DNA from: a virus
Taxonomy: Duplodnaviria > Caudoviricetes
Direction: 5' to 3' (one strand)
DNA: 25,371 nt
Virus record (IMG/VR): IMGVR_UViG_3300025610_000127
Coordinates: 1-25,371 of that record
Shown: positions 16,142 to 23,239 of the stretch, one piece after another
How positions within the stretch are numbered: position 1 is the first letter of the stretch
Layout: every line of letters starts with the position of its first letter
Made by a program: the position numbers and the translations under genes
The notes under the pieces: generated by a model
The model's input: the letters and a program-made list of their open reading frames with translations, nothing else
The model's database searches: none
Told to the model about the DNA's origin: nothing

Positions 16142-16301
16142 AAATTCAGATTGAACTATCCAAAGATGTAAATTATCCTGGTGAAATACTAGGTGAATAT
16201 ATTTGGAATCTGGAGGAAGGTGATAATCACATTACTGGATTTTGTGATTCTGTTAAAGAGTGTTTTCAAGAAATTATTAGACATAGGTGAATTCAAATGA
16301 A
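16128..16301 (+). repeat. 15-bp perfect direct repeat GTGAATTCAAATGAA (16128-16142 and 16287-16301)
   Basis: Identical 15-mers flank the 50-aa ORF at 16138-16290. Confidence 0.9.
16138..16290 (+). CDS. Hypothetical protein (50 aa), below the ORF-track cutoff
   Basis: MKIQIELSKDVNYPGEILGEYIWNLEEGDNHITGFCDSVKECFQEIIRHR*; ATGA-coupled to gp44. Confidence 0.65.
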   Translation: MKIQIELSKDVNYPGEILGEYIWNLEEGDNHITGFCDSVKECFQEIIRHR

Positions 16302-16584
16302 TGTTAAACTGATTCGTATGTGGTCTGGCGAAGATGTCGTTGCAGACCTGATTGAAGAAAAAGAAGACTCTATTGTCTTTTGCAATCCCATTGTTGCTGT
16401 CCCTACTGGTCAGGGTCAGATGGGATTTGCTCCCTGGTCTCCTCTTCTTAAAGGTAAGAATGAGGAACTGGAAGTTACTAAAAAGTATATTGTGTATATC
16501 GCAGATACTCAAGAACAAATTGAAGAGCAGTATAATGAAATGTTCTCAGTAATTAAAGCACCTAGTAAGAAGTTGGTTCTCTGA
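16297..16584 (+). CDS. Hypothetical protein, probable Sm-like fold
   Basis: VKLIRMWSGEDVVA...IVFCNPIV...MGFAPW...YIVYI; AGGTGA SD. Confidence 0.78.
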   Translation: MNVKLIRMWSGEDVVADLIEEKEDSIVFCNPIVAVPTGQGQMGFAPWSPLLKGKNEELEVTKKYIVYIADTQEQIEEQYNEMFSVIKAPSKKLVL

Positions 16585-16586
16585 TT

Positions 16587-16754
16587 ATGAAAAAGAAAAA
16601 ACTTAAAGCTCAAGTAAAGTCAAGGTTTTATTATATTTTTTGGGGTATCGCAACAATTGCTGTTGTTACTGGACAAATTTATGTTGGTTCTGGTTATCGT
16701 GTAATGTCTGAAAGTGTAAACTCGCTTATTGAACATGAGTCTTCTAAACATTAA
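16587..16754 (+). CDS. Small single-TM hypothetical protein (55 aa), below the ORF-track cutoff
   Basis: MKKKKLKAQVKSRFYYIFWGIATIAVVTGQIYVGSGYRVMSESVNSLIEHESSKH*: basic N-terminus followed by a hydrophobic helix. Confidence 0.7.
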   Translation: MKKKKLKAQVKSRFYYIFWGIATIAVVTGQIYVGSGYRVMSESVNSLIEHESSKH

Positions 16755-16944
16755 TATGAATAATCTGGTTGAACCAAAAGTGAAAACAACTCCCGAACTT
16801 GTAGAGCAAGCAAACTTTGGTTTGTTTCGTGCTAAAATGACTCTACCTGCTGCTGCAAAACATTGTGGTATGACCCAGAAAGAAATGAAGATGACTTTCT
16901 GGGAATTTTTGAAATATCATCCTGTTGATTATGAAATCACTTAA
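16735..16944 (+). CDS. Small hypothetical protein with probable helix-turn-helix
   Basis: LFRAKMTLPAAAKHCGMTQKEMKMTF fits an HTH pattern (AA..CG); ATG 16735. Confidence 0.7.
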   Translation: MSLLNINMNNLVEPKVKTTPELVEQANFGLFRAKMTLPAAAKHCGMTQKEMKMTFWEFLKYHPVDYEIT

Positions 16945-17803
16945 AACACCTTTACGCTACCCTGGTGGTAAGTCTCGTGCTTGCACCAAAATGGAACAAT
17001 ATATTCCAGACCTTCGTGATTATAAGGAGTATCGAGAACCATTTCTTGGTGGTGGAAGTGTAGCAATTCATATCACTAAGAAATATCCTCACCTTGATAT
17101 TTGGGTAAATGATCTGTATGAACCTCTAGTTAACTTCTGGAAGACTCTGCAGGATGATGGGTATGCTCTATATAAAAGACTTCAAGAACTTAAGTCCCGT
17201 TATCCTGATGAGAGTTCTGCAAAAGGTCTATTCTTAGAATCAAAGGAACTTGTAAATGATGATTCCGTTTCCCCTCTATATCGCGCTTGTGCTTTCTACG
17301 TTATTAACAAGTGCTCTTTTTCTGGTCTCACTGAGTCCTCATCCTTTAGCAGGCAGGCATCTTACTCAAACTTCTCAATGCGAGGAATTGAAAAACTTCA
17401 AGGATACACTCAGATAATTAAAGACTGGAAAATTACCAATCTTCGATATCAAGAACTTCTTACTGATAGTAGAGAGTGTTTTACTTATCTTGATCCTCCA
17501 TATGAAATTGAATCTAATTTATATGGTAAGAAGGGATCAATGCACAAAGGTTTTGACCATGATGCTTTTGCTACTATCTGTGATAGATTTATTGGTCCTC
17601 AATTAATATCTTATAATTCTTCTCAGTTGATTAAGGATCGATTCAGAGAATATCAAACTGGAGAGTTTGATCTCACCTATACTATGCGCTCCGTAGGTGA
17701 ATATATGAGAGAACAAAAAGAACGCAAGGAACTACTGCTTTTTAATTATGGAATTGAAGGATTGGTTGAACAGTATCAATCAGACAAAGAAGCATCTGAT
17801 TGA
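16931..17803 (+). CDS. dam: DNA adenine methyltransferase (D12 class, Dam-like)
   Basis: PLRYPGGKS, YREPFLGGGSV, VNDL, catalytic YLDPPY, LISYN. Confidence 0.93.
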   Translation: MKSLKTPLRYPGGKSRACTKMEQYIPDLRDYKEYREPFLGGGSVAIHITKKYPHLDIWVNDLYEPLVNFWKTLQDDGYALYKRLQELKSRYPDESSAKGLFLESKELVNDDSVSPLYRACAFYVINKCSFSGLTESSSFSRQASYSNFSMRGIEKLQGYTQIIKDWKITNLRYQELLTDSRECFTYLDPPYEIESNLYGKKGSMHKGFDHDAFATICDRFIGPQLISYNSSQLIKDRFREYQTGEFDLTYTMRSVGEYMREQKERKELLLFNYGIEGLVEQYQSDKEASD

Positions 17804-18128
17804 TGAAGATCCTTCTATTGAGAAGGAATATCCTCCTTATATTGTTAATCGTTGTTTCTCTGGGCACATTGATACTTTGATGTTTGCTAATGAGTTGAAT
17901 CAGTATCACTTTCTCCCAAAGAAGATGCAATATGATTTTCTTATAAATATTGTGAGGAAAAAGAAGAGATTTTCTCCCTGGATCCGACAAGATAAAATCA
18001 AAGATCTTGATTATGTCAAGCGTTATTATGGATATAGTAATGAAAAGGCAAAACAAGCTTTGAAAATTCTTACACAAGAACAACTCAATTTTATTAAATC
18101 AAAATTTGACACTGGAGGAAAGAAATGA
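17748..18128 (+). CDS. gp62: Clamp loader small subunit gp62
   Basis: WLNSINQTK, YPPYIVNRCFS, ANELN, QYDFL, RKKKRFSPW, YYGYSNEKA. Confidence 0.92.
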   Translation: MELKDWLNSINQTKKHLIDEDPSIEKEYPPYIVNRCFSGHIDTLMFANELNQYHFLPKKMQYDFLINIVRKKKRFSPWIRQDKIKDLDYVKRYYGYSNEKAKQALKILTQEQLNFIKSKFDTGGKK

Positions 18129-18565
18129 GCGTTGTTAGAGAACCTGAAGTGACATGGACACCAGAACAGATGGTAGAAGTCGTTCTGAGTGAACCAGATG
18201 ACTTTCTGAAAGTGCGTGAAACACTTACAAGAATTGGAGTCGCATCCAGAAAAGAGAAAAAAATCTATCAGAGTTGTCATATTCTGCACAAACAAGGTAG
18301 ATATTTTTTAGTACACTTTAAAGAACTGTTTGCCCTTGACGGCAAACATGCAAATCTGACACAAAATGACGTTCAGCGTCGTAATCGTATTGCTCAACTG
18401 CTTGCTGATTGGGGTCTTATTGGTATTGTTGATGTAAGTAAAATTGTTGATATTGCGCCACTCAATCAAATCAAGGTTCTTGCTTACAAAGACAAAAATG
18501 ATTGGATTCTCGAGACCAAGTACAATATTGGTTCAAAGAAAAAACGGGCAGAGGAAACCGAATAA
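18125..18565 (+). CDS. regA: Translational repressor RegA
   Basis: EPDDFLKVRETLTRIGVASR, YQSCHILHKQGRYFLVHFKELF.LDG, RRNRIAQLL.DWGL. Confidence 0.97.
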   Translation: MSVVREPEVTWTPEQMVEVVLSEPDDFLKVRETLTRIGVASRKEKKIYQSCHILHKQGRYFLVHFKELFALDGKHANLTQNDVQRRNRIAQLLADWGLIGIVDVSKIVDIAPLNQIKVLAYKDKNDWILETKYNIGSKKKRAEETE

Positions 18566-18573
18566 AAAGATGC

Positions 18574-18595
18574 GGGGTTCACTACCCCCTTTTTT
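18574..18595 (+). terminator. Intrinsic terminator after regA
   Basis: GGGGT-tcact-ACCCC followed by C and a T tract. Confidence 0.7.
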
Positions 18596-18619
18596 ATGTC
18601 TTGTGTTAATATATACTTA

Positions 18620-18674
18620 TGGATGCCTTCGGGGTCCACACAACGCAATCTCGCTTTTAGGAGAGCTACAAATG
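18620..18674 (+). promoter_or_regulatory. Structured hsp20 5'UTR, ROSE-like RNA thermometer candidate
   Basis: A 5' C(UUCG)G hairpin (18620-18638), then UCUC-G-CU-uuu-AGGAGA (18649-18664) pairing the SD with a bulged G. Confidence 0.6.
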
Positions 18675-19106
18675 ACTAACTTAATGAAGTATAATGCTGC
18701 CAATTTGGATCAGCTGCTAGACCGCATAAATAGGAATAGCATCGGTATGGATGAATACTTTGATCGTCTGTTTAATCTGCACGAAACGACATCAAACTAT
18801 CCTCCATATAATCTAGTCACGGTCAGTAACGTAGAATCGAGACTAGAACTAGCACTAGCAGGATTTAAAAAGAAAGAAGTTTATGTCTACACACAAGACG
18901 GTAAACTCTTTGTCGAAGGCCAGAAAGAAGACAAAGAGACGGAAACTCAGTATTTGCACAAAGGTCTGGCTCAACGGTCGTTTACACGAGCGTGGACACT
19001 CTCTGAAGATACGGAAGTTAGATCAGTTACTTTTGAGGATGGGCTTCTAAGCATCGTTTTGGGTAAAATTGTTCCGGAAGCACACAAAAGGAAAGATTGG
19101 TTTTGA
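18672..19106 (+). CDS. hsp20: Small heat shock protein Hsp20 (IbpA-like)
   Basis: SIGMDEYFDRL, NYPPYNL, LELALAGF, YLHKGLAQRSFTRAWTL, FEDGLL.I.L.KIVPE. True start is ATG 18672 with an AGGAGA SD. Confidence 0.95.
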   Translation: MTNLMKYNAANLDQLLDRINRNSIGMDEYFDRLFNLHETTSNYPPYNLVTVSNVESRLELALAGFKKKEVYVYTQDGKLFVEGQKEDKETETQYLHKGLAQRSFTRAWTLSEDTEVRSVTFEDGLLSIVLGKIVPEAHKRKDWF

Positions 19107-19130
19107 TATCTTAACAATTGCTTCAAGTTT

Positions 19131-19190
19131 TGTGGCGGTTGATACAGACTTTTGTATCACTATGATACATAATTGATATATAATTATGTA
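19131..19190. promoter_or_regulatory. Cluster of palindromic operator-like sites including an NtcA-like box, plus TATAAT
   Basis: TGTG-N8-TACA (19131-19146); TGTATCA-cta-TGATACA (19153-19169); TACATAATT-N7-AATTATGTA (19166-19190); TATAAT at 19179-19184. Confidence 0.55.
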
Positions 19191-19207
19191 CTTACGGAGG
19201 CTTTATT

Positions 19208-19291
19208 ATGAACTTCACAGTACCAACAGTAATTATTGGATCGACCCTTTCTCTTTTTAGTTGGTTGGTCCTTTCCCCCATCATTCCCTAA
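19208..19291 (+). CDS. Hydrophobic micropeptide (27 aa)
   Basis: GGAGG SD (19196-19200) 7 nt before the ATG; MNFTVPTVIIGSTLSLFSWLVLSPIIP*. Confidence 0.6.
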   Translation: MNFTVPTVIIGSTLSLFSWLVLSPIIP

Positions 19292-19301
19292 TCCGCCACC
19301 T

Positions 19302-19373
19302 ATGTCAATTTTAGCAATCATTGCAGCACTCGCAGCAACTTCCTACGGAGCATACGCACTCACACCTAAATAA
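19302..19373 (+). CDS. Hydrophobic micropeptide (23 aa)
   Basis: MSILAIIAALAATSYGAYALTPK*; 10 nt after the previous stop; consistent GCA codon use. Confidence 0.5.
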   Translation: MSILAIIAALAATSYGAYALTPK

Positions 19374-19377
19374 AACT

Positions 19378-19438
19378 GAATATCGTCGTCGCAACCAGAG
19401 GGGTTACTGGCACAATCCAGTAGACACCCCTCTTTTTT
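19378..19438 (+). ncRNA. Candidate late small RNA (about 60 nt) or long terminator hairpin
   Basis: Late-promoter core CTAAATA (19366-19372), an ORF-less leader, then the hairpin AGAGGGGT-TACTGG-cacaat-CCAGTA-gac-ACCCCTCT and a T tract. Confidence 0.4.
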
Positions 19439-19449
19439 AATGTTATAAT
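19421..19449 (+). promoter_or_regulatory. Sigma70-type promoter for the Sm-like/gp43 operon
   Basis: TAGACA (19421-19426), 17 bp spacer, TATAAT (19444-19449) with an extended TG. Confidence 0.75.
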
Positions 19450-19470
19450 TAATTGAGAGTAAAATTCTAA

Positions 19471-19782
19471 ATGTCTATTAAGATAGTTGTTTTTAACAAT
19501 GGAAATCAAGTAATTTCTGATGTAAAAGAAGTTATTATTGAAGATAAGTGTCAAGCATATAAGTTGACAAAACCACAAAATGTAAGTCTTAAAGAATTTA
19601 AACATGAACTTTTGACTGAAGAACAAAAATCTGATGCCGTTGAAATGGTTCTTTCTGCATGGATTCCTCTGGCAAAAGAACAAACATTTTATGTTACTAT
19701 GAATTCTGTAATTTCGATTGCAGAACCTGTTGATGAACTTGTAAAAATCTATAAAGAAAAGGTGGGAGAAATTGATGATTAA
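19471..19782 (+). CDS. Hypothetical protein, probable Sm-like fold
   Basis: IKIVVFNNGNQVISDV...YKLTKP...LSAWIPL...VISIAEP; usual slot between hsp20 and gp43. Confidence 0.75.
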   Translation: MSIKIVVFNNGNQVISDVKEVIIEDKCQAYKLTKPQNVSLKEFKHELLTEEQKSDAVEMVLSAWIPLAKEQTFYVTMNSVISIAEPVDELVKIYKEKVGEIDD

Positions 19783-20020
19783 GTGTCTAATTCTTTTAAA
19801 TCAAACTACTTTGATCGCTAAAATTGAGCAAGTAAATGCTGAGCTTGGAGAACCTGATTGTAAACTTACTGATGTGTGTGTTTTAAATTCTGATGGTTCT
19901 ATTTCTAAATGGTTAGATATTACTAGTGATAATGATATTATGCTTAGATCCGAGAATATTTTGACTATCGTTGAACCAACTGTCGAAGTGATATCAAAGT
20001 ATTCTGAAGCACTTAAGTAG
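19775..20020 (+). CDS. Hypothetical protein, probable Sm-like fold
   Basis: IKCLILLNQTTLIAKI...LGEPDCKL...SKWL...LRSENILTIVEP. Confidence 0.75.
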   Translation: MIKCLILLNQTTLIAKIEQVNAELGEPDCKLTDVCVLNSDGSISKWLDITSDNDIMLRSENILTIVEPTVEVISKYSEALK

Positions 20021-20820
20021 TGAGAGTTCTTAGCATTGATCTGGATTATATCATGAGTCCTACTATTGAGGATTATAGTGGTGTCCTACATCATAATAAT
20101 CCAACAATTAGGTGGGATAGATTTTTCAGCGAATATGATTTAAAAGAAAGTAACTTTTATATTGATAAATCCAATTTATTATTTTGTTATAACTTGTTTT
20201 TAAAATGTTTAAAGACTTGTGATAACGTTTCTTTTGGATATGATCATGATTCTATTTTATTCAGTATCTCAAATTATAATAATATTGATCTAATTAATAT
20301 TGACCATCATGATGATATATTTGGTGGAGATTATATTGGTAATGATGATTTATCAAGTGAGGATGCGTATAAAAGGGAGTTATACGAAATCTTAAATCAT
20401 GATAGAGTTCATGAGGGAAACTGGGGTGCTTGGTTAGCGGTGCATAATAAAATAAAATCTTTTACCTGGATTGGAAACAAGAATAGTGCAAACAAGAAGC
20501 GTAATGAACTTAATGCTAAGATTGTTCCAAATTATTTGAATGTAGAAAAAGAAAATTATAAGTTTGATAATTATAAATTTGACCACATCTTTGTGTGTAT
20601 GTCTCCTCCTTATATTCCTCCAAACTGTTGGCACTATTTTCCGATTTTTATTAGTGCTTATGAAGAATTTTCTGGAAAGGATGCTATAATACATACTGAG
20701 AAATACGAAACGCACGTTAGGTATCAGAGACTGCATAATGAGATTTTACACCAATGTTCAGATGGTAGGCGACCACTTCCTAGTGAGGGGTTACGAGAAT
20801 GGAAGGCACTTCGCAAGTAG
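20020..20820 (+). CDS. Putative metal-dependent hydrolase, arginase/ureohydrolase (UPF0489)-like
   Basis: VLSIDLDY, HDSI, LINIDHHDD, EGNW, FDHIFVCMSP; GTG start coupled to the upstream TAG; AT-rich. Confidence 0.6.
   Translation: MRVLSIDLDYIMSPTIEDYSGVLHHNNPTIRWDRFFSEYDLKESNFYIDKSNLLFCYNLFLKCLKTCDNVSFGYDHDSILFSISNYNNIDLINIDHHDDIFGGDYIGNDDLSSEDAYKRELYEILNHDRVHEGNWGAWLAVHNKIKSFTWIGNKNSANKKRNELNAKIVPNYLNVEKENYKFDNYKFDHIFVCMSPPYIPPNCWHYFPIFISAYEEFSGKDAIIHTEKYETHVRYQRLHNEILHQCSDGRRPLPSEGLREWKALRK
20682..20690 (+). promoter_or_regulatory. Possible extended -10 promoter for gp43
   Basis: TGCTATAAT 47 nt upstream of the gp43 ATG, inside the upstream ORF. Confidence 0.45.
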
Positions 20821-23239
20821 AGAAAAGTTTTATCCAACTCTTTTTGTTCCATCTAACAAGCAAACTAAGTACAAGACACTTGAGGGAGAATACGTAGAAT
20901 CTGTTGAACCAGGAACAGTTCGTGATTGTAGGGATTTTATCAAGAAGTATGAGGGCGTAGAAAACTTCAAAATCTACGGTAATGACCGGTACATCTATCA
21001 GTATATTTCTGAGATGTATCCCGAAGAAGAGATTAAGTTTGATACTAGCAAGATTAAGATTGCCACCCTTGACATTGAGGTTGCATCGGAGAATGGATTC
21101 CCTGATGTGGAGTCTGCTGCAGAAGAAGTGCTGTTGATTACAGTTCAGGACTATGCTACGAAGCAGATTCGCACTTGGGGTCGTGGTCCTTTCAACAATA
21201 CTCAAAAAAATGTTATCTACAAAGGATTTAGAACTGAGTATGAACTCTTGAATGATTTTATCAACTGGTGGCAAATTGAGGAGAATACTCCTGAAGTTAT
21301 TACTGGTTGGAATAGTGAGCTTTACGATATTCCTTATTTGGTTCGTCGTATTGATAGAATTCTTGGTGAGAAATTGATGAAACGTATGTCACCGTGGGGA
21401 TTGGTGACAGAACGTGAGACCATTATCATGGGAAGAAAACACATTTCTTATGATGTTGGAGGAGTCACGCAGCTTGATTACCTAAATCTTTATAAGAAGT
21501 TCACTTATAAAGCGCAGGAATCCTATCGTCTGGATTATATTGCGAGTGTAGAACTTGGGCAAAAGAAACTCGATCACTCTGAGTTTGACACTTTCAAGGA
21601 TTTCTATACTAATGGGTGGCAAAAGTTTGTAGAATATAACATTATTGACGTGGAACTTGTTGACCGTATGGAAGACAAGATGAAACTGATTGAACTTGCG
21701 ATTACCATGGCATATGATGCCAAGGTAAACTATAATGATGTTTTCTTTCAGGTTCGCATGTGGGATGCGATCATTTATAACTATCTCAAAAAAAGAGATA
21801 TTGTGATTCCGCCCAAGGAACGTTCTGACAAAGACTCTAAGTATGCAGGTGCATATGTCAAAGAACCGATTCCTGGAAAGTATGATTGGGTGGTTAGTTT
21901 TGACCTTAATAGTCTGTACCCTCATCTTATTATGCAATACAATATTTCCCCGGAGACGTTACGGGATACCAGACACCCAAGTGTTACCGTTGATAAAATA
22001 CTTAATGAGGAACTGACCTTTGAGATGTATAAGGATAATGCAGTATGTGCTAATGGTGCTATGTATCGGAAGGACGTTCGCGGATTCCTTCCAGAATTGA
22101 TGGAAAAGATCTATAAGGATCGCACCATCTACAAAAAGAAAATGCTTGCTGCAAAACAAGACTATGAAAAAACTCCAACGAAAGCACTGGAAAAAGAAAT
22201 CGCCAGGTGCAATAACATCCAAATGGCGCGTAAGATCCAACTCAACTCTGCTTATGGTGCTATTGGCAATCAATACTTTCGCTACTATAAACTTGCTAAC
22301 GCAGAAGCAATCACCCTCTCAGGTCAGGTCTCAATCCGTTGGATTGAGAACCGAATGAATGGATATCTAAATAAGATTTTGCAAACAGAGGGCGAAGATT
22401 ATGTCATCGCATCTGACACTGACTCAATCTATCTTAATATGGGACCTCTTGTTGATAAATTTCTTAGTAACAAGTCTGGTGATAAAACAGCAGTTGTTTC
22501 GTTACTTGATAAGATTTGTCAAGACAAGTTGGAACCATTCATCGAATCCAGTTATCAGGAACTTGCGGATTACGTTCAGGCATATGAACAAAAAATGATC
22601 ATGAAGCGTGAGAATATTGCTGAGCGTGGTATTTGGACTGCGAAGAAGCGTTATATTCTCAACGTGTGGAACAGTGAAGGTGTTCAATATAATGAACCCA
22701 AACTTAAGATGATGGGTATTGAGGCAGTTAAATCATCTACTCCTGCACCCTGTCGGAAGATGATTAAAGATGGTCTCAAGTTGATGATGAACGGAACAGA
22801 AGAAGATGTGATTAACTTTATTGATCAATCCCGTAAGAAGTTTAAAGAACTTCCTCCCGAAGAGATTGCATTTCCTCGATCGGTATCTGATGTTGTAAAG
22901 TATAAATCGCACTCCGACATTTATGTAAAGGGAACACCAATTCATTGTCGGGGAGCACTTCTTTTTAATCATTATATTAAGGAGAAGAAATTGACAAATA
23001 AATATTCACTTATTAATAACGGTGAAAAAATCAAGTTCATTTATCTGAAGAAACCAAATATCATTCAGGAGAATGTAATTTCTTTCATTCAGGATTTCCC
23101 ACGGGAATTGAATCTTGACAAATACATCGACTATGACTTACAATTTGAGAAGAGTTTTGTAGAACCACTCAAAGCAATTCTTGATGCAATTGGTTGGAAC
23201 GTCGAAAAAACTGTAAACCTTGAACTATTTTTCGGATAA
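20738..23239 (+). CDS. gp43: Family B DNA polymerase gp43 (single chain, 833 aa)
   Basis: Exonuclease motifs LDIEV, TGWNSELYDIPY, YNIIDV; polymerase motifs SFDLNSLYP, KIQLNSAYG, SDTDS, KKRY, MGIEAVKSSTP. Confidence 0.98.
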   Translation: MRFYTNVQMVGDHFLVRGYENGRHFASREKFYPTLFVPSNKQTKYKTLEGEYVESVEPGTVRDCRDFIKKYEGVENFKIYGNDRYIYQYISEMYPEEEIKFDTSKIKIATLDIEVASENGFPDVESAAEEVLLITVQDYATKQIRTWGRGPFNNTQKNVIYKGFRTEYELLNDFINWWQIEENTPEVITGWNSELYDIPYLVRRIDRILGEKLMKRMSPWGLVTERETIIMGRKHISYDVGGVTQLDYLNLYKKFTYKAQESYRLDYIASVELGQKKLDHSEFDTFKDFYTNGWQKFVEYNIIDVELVDRMEDKMKLIELAITMAYDAKVNYNDVFFQVRMWDAIIYNYLKKRDIVIPPKERSDKDSKYAGAYVKEPIPGKYDWVVSFDLNSLYPHLIMQYNISPETLRDTRHPSVTVDKILNEELTFEMYKDNAVCANGAMYRKDVRGFLPELMEKIYKDRTIYKKKMLAAKQDYEKTPTKALEKEIARCNNIQMARKIQLNSAYGAIGNQYFRYYKLANAEAITLSGQVSIRWIENRMNGYLNKILQTEGEDYVIASDTDSIYLNMGPLVDKFLSNKSGDKTAVVSLLDKICQDKLEPFIESSYQELADYVQAYEQKMIMKRENIAERGIWTAKKRYILNVWNSEGVQYNEPKLKMMGIEAVKSSTPAPCRKMIKDGLKLMMNGTEEDVINFIDQSRKKFKELPPEEIAFPRSVSDVVKYKSHSDIYVKGTPIHCRGALLFNHYIKEKKLTNKYSLINNGEKIKFIYLKKPNIIQENVISFIQDFPRELNLDKYIDYDLQFEKSFVEPLKAILDAIGWNVEKTVNLELFFG

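Noticed and set aside
18444-18671. 76-aa N-terminal extension of Hsp20 in the ORF track
   Set aside because: It overlaps regA and crosses the terminator and structured UTR. The SD and the homology both start at ATG 18672.
19153-19169. TGTATCA-cta-TGATACA as a canonical NtcA site
   Set aside because: The spacing is GTA-N9-TAC rather than N8. It is kept only as an unassigned palindrome.
20738-23239. Possible intein, intron or split in gp43 (also checked gp41, uvsW, gp46)
   Set aside because: Lengths and motif spacing are normal, the frames are continuous, and I saw no intein or homing endonuclease signature.
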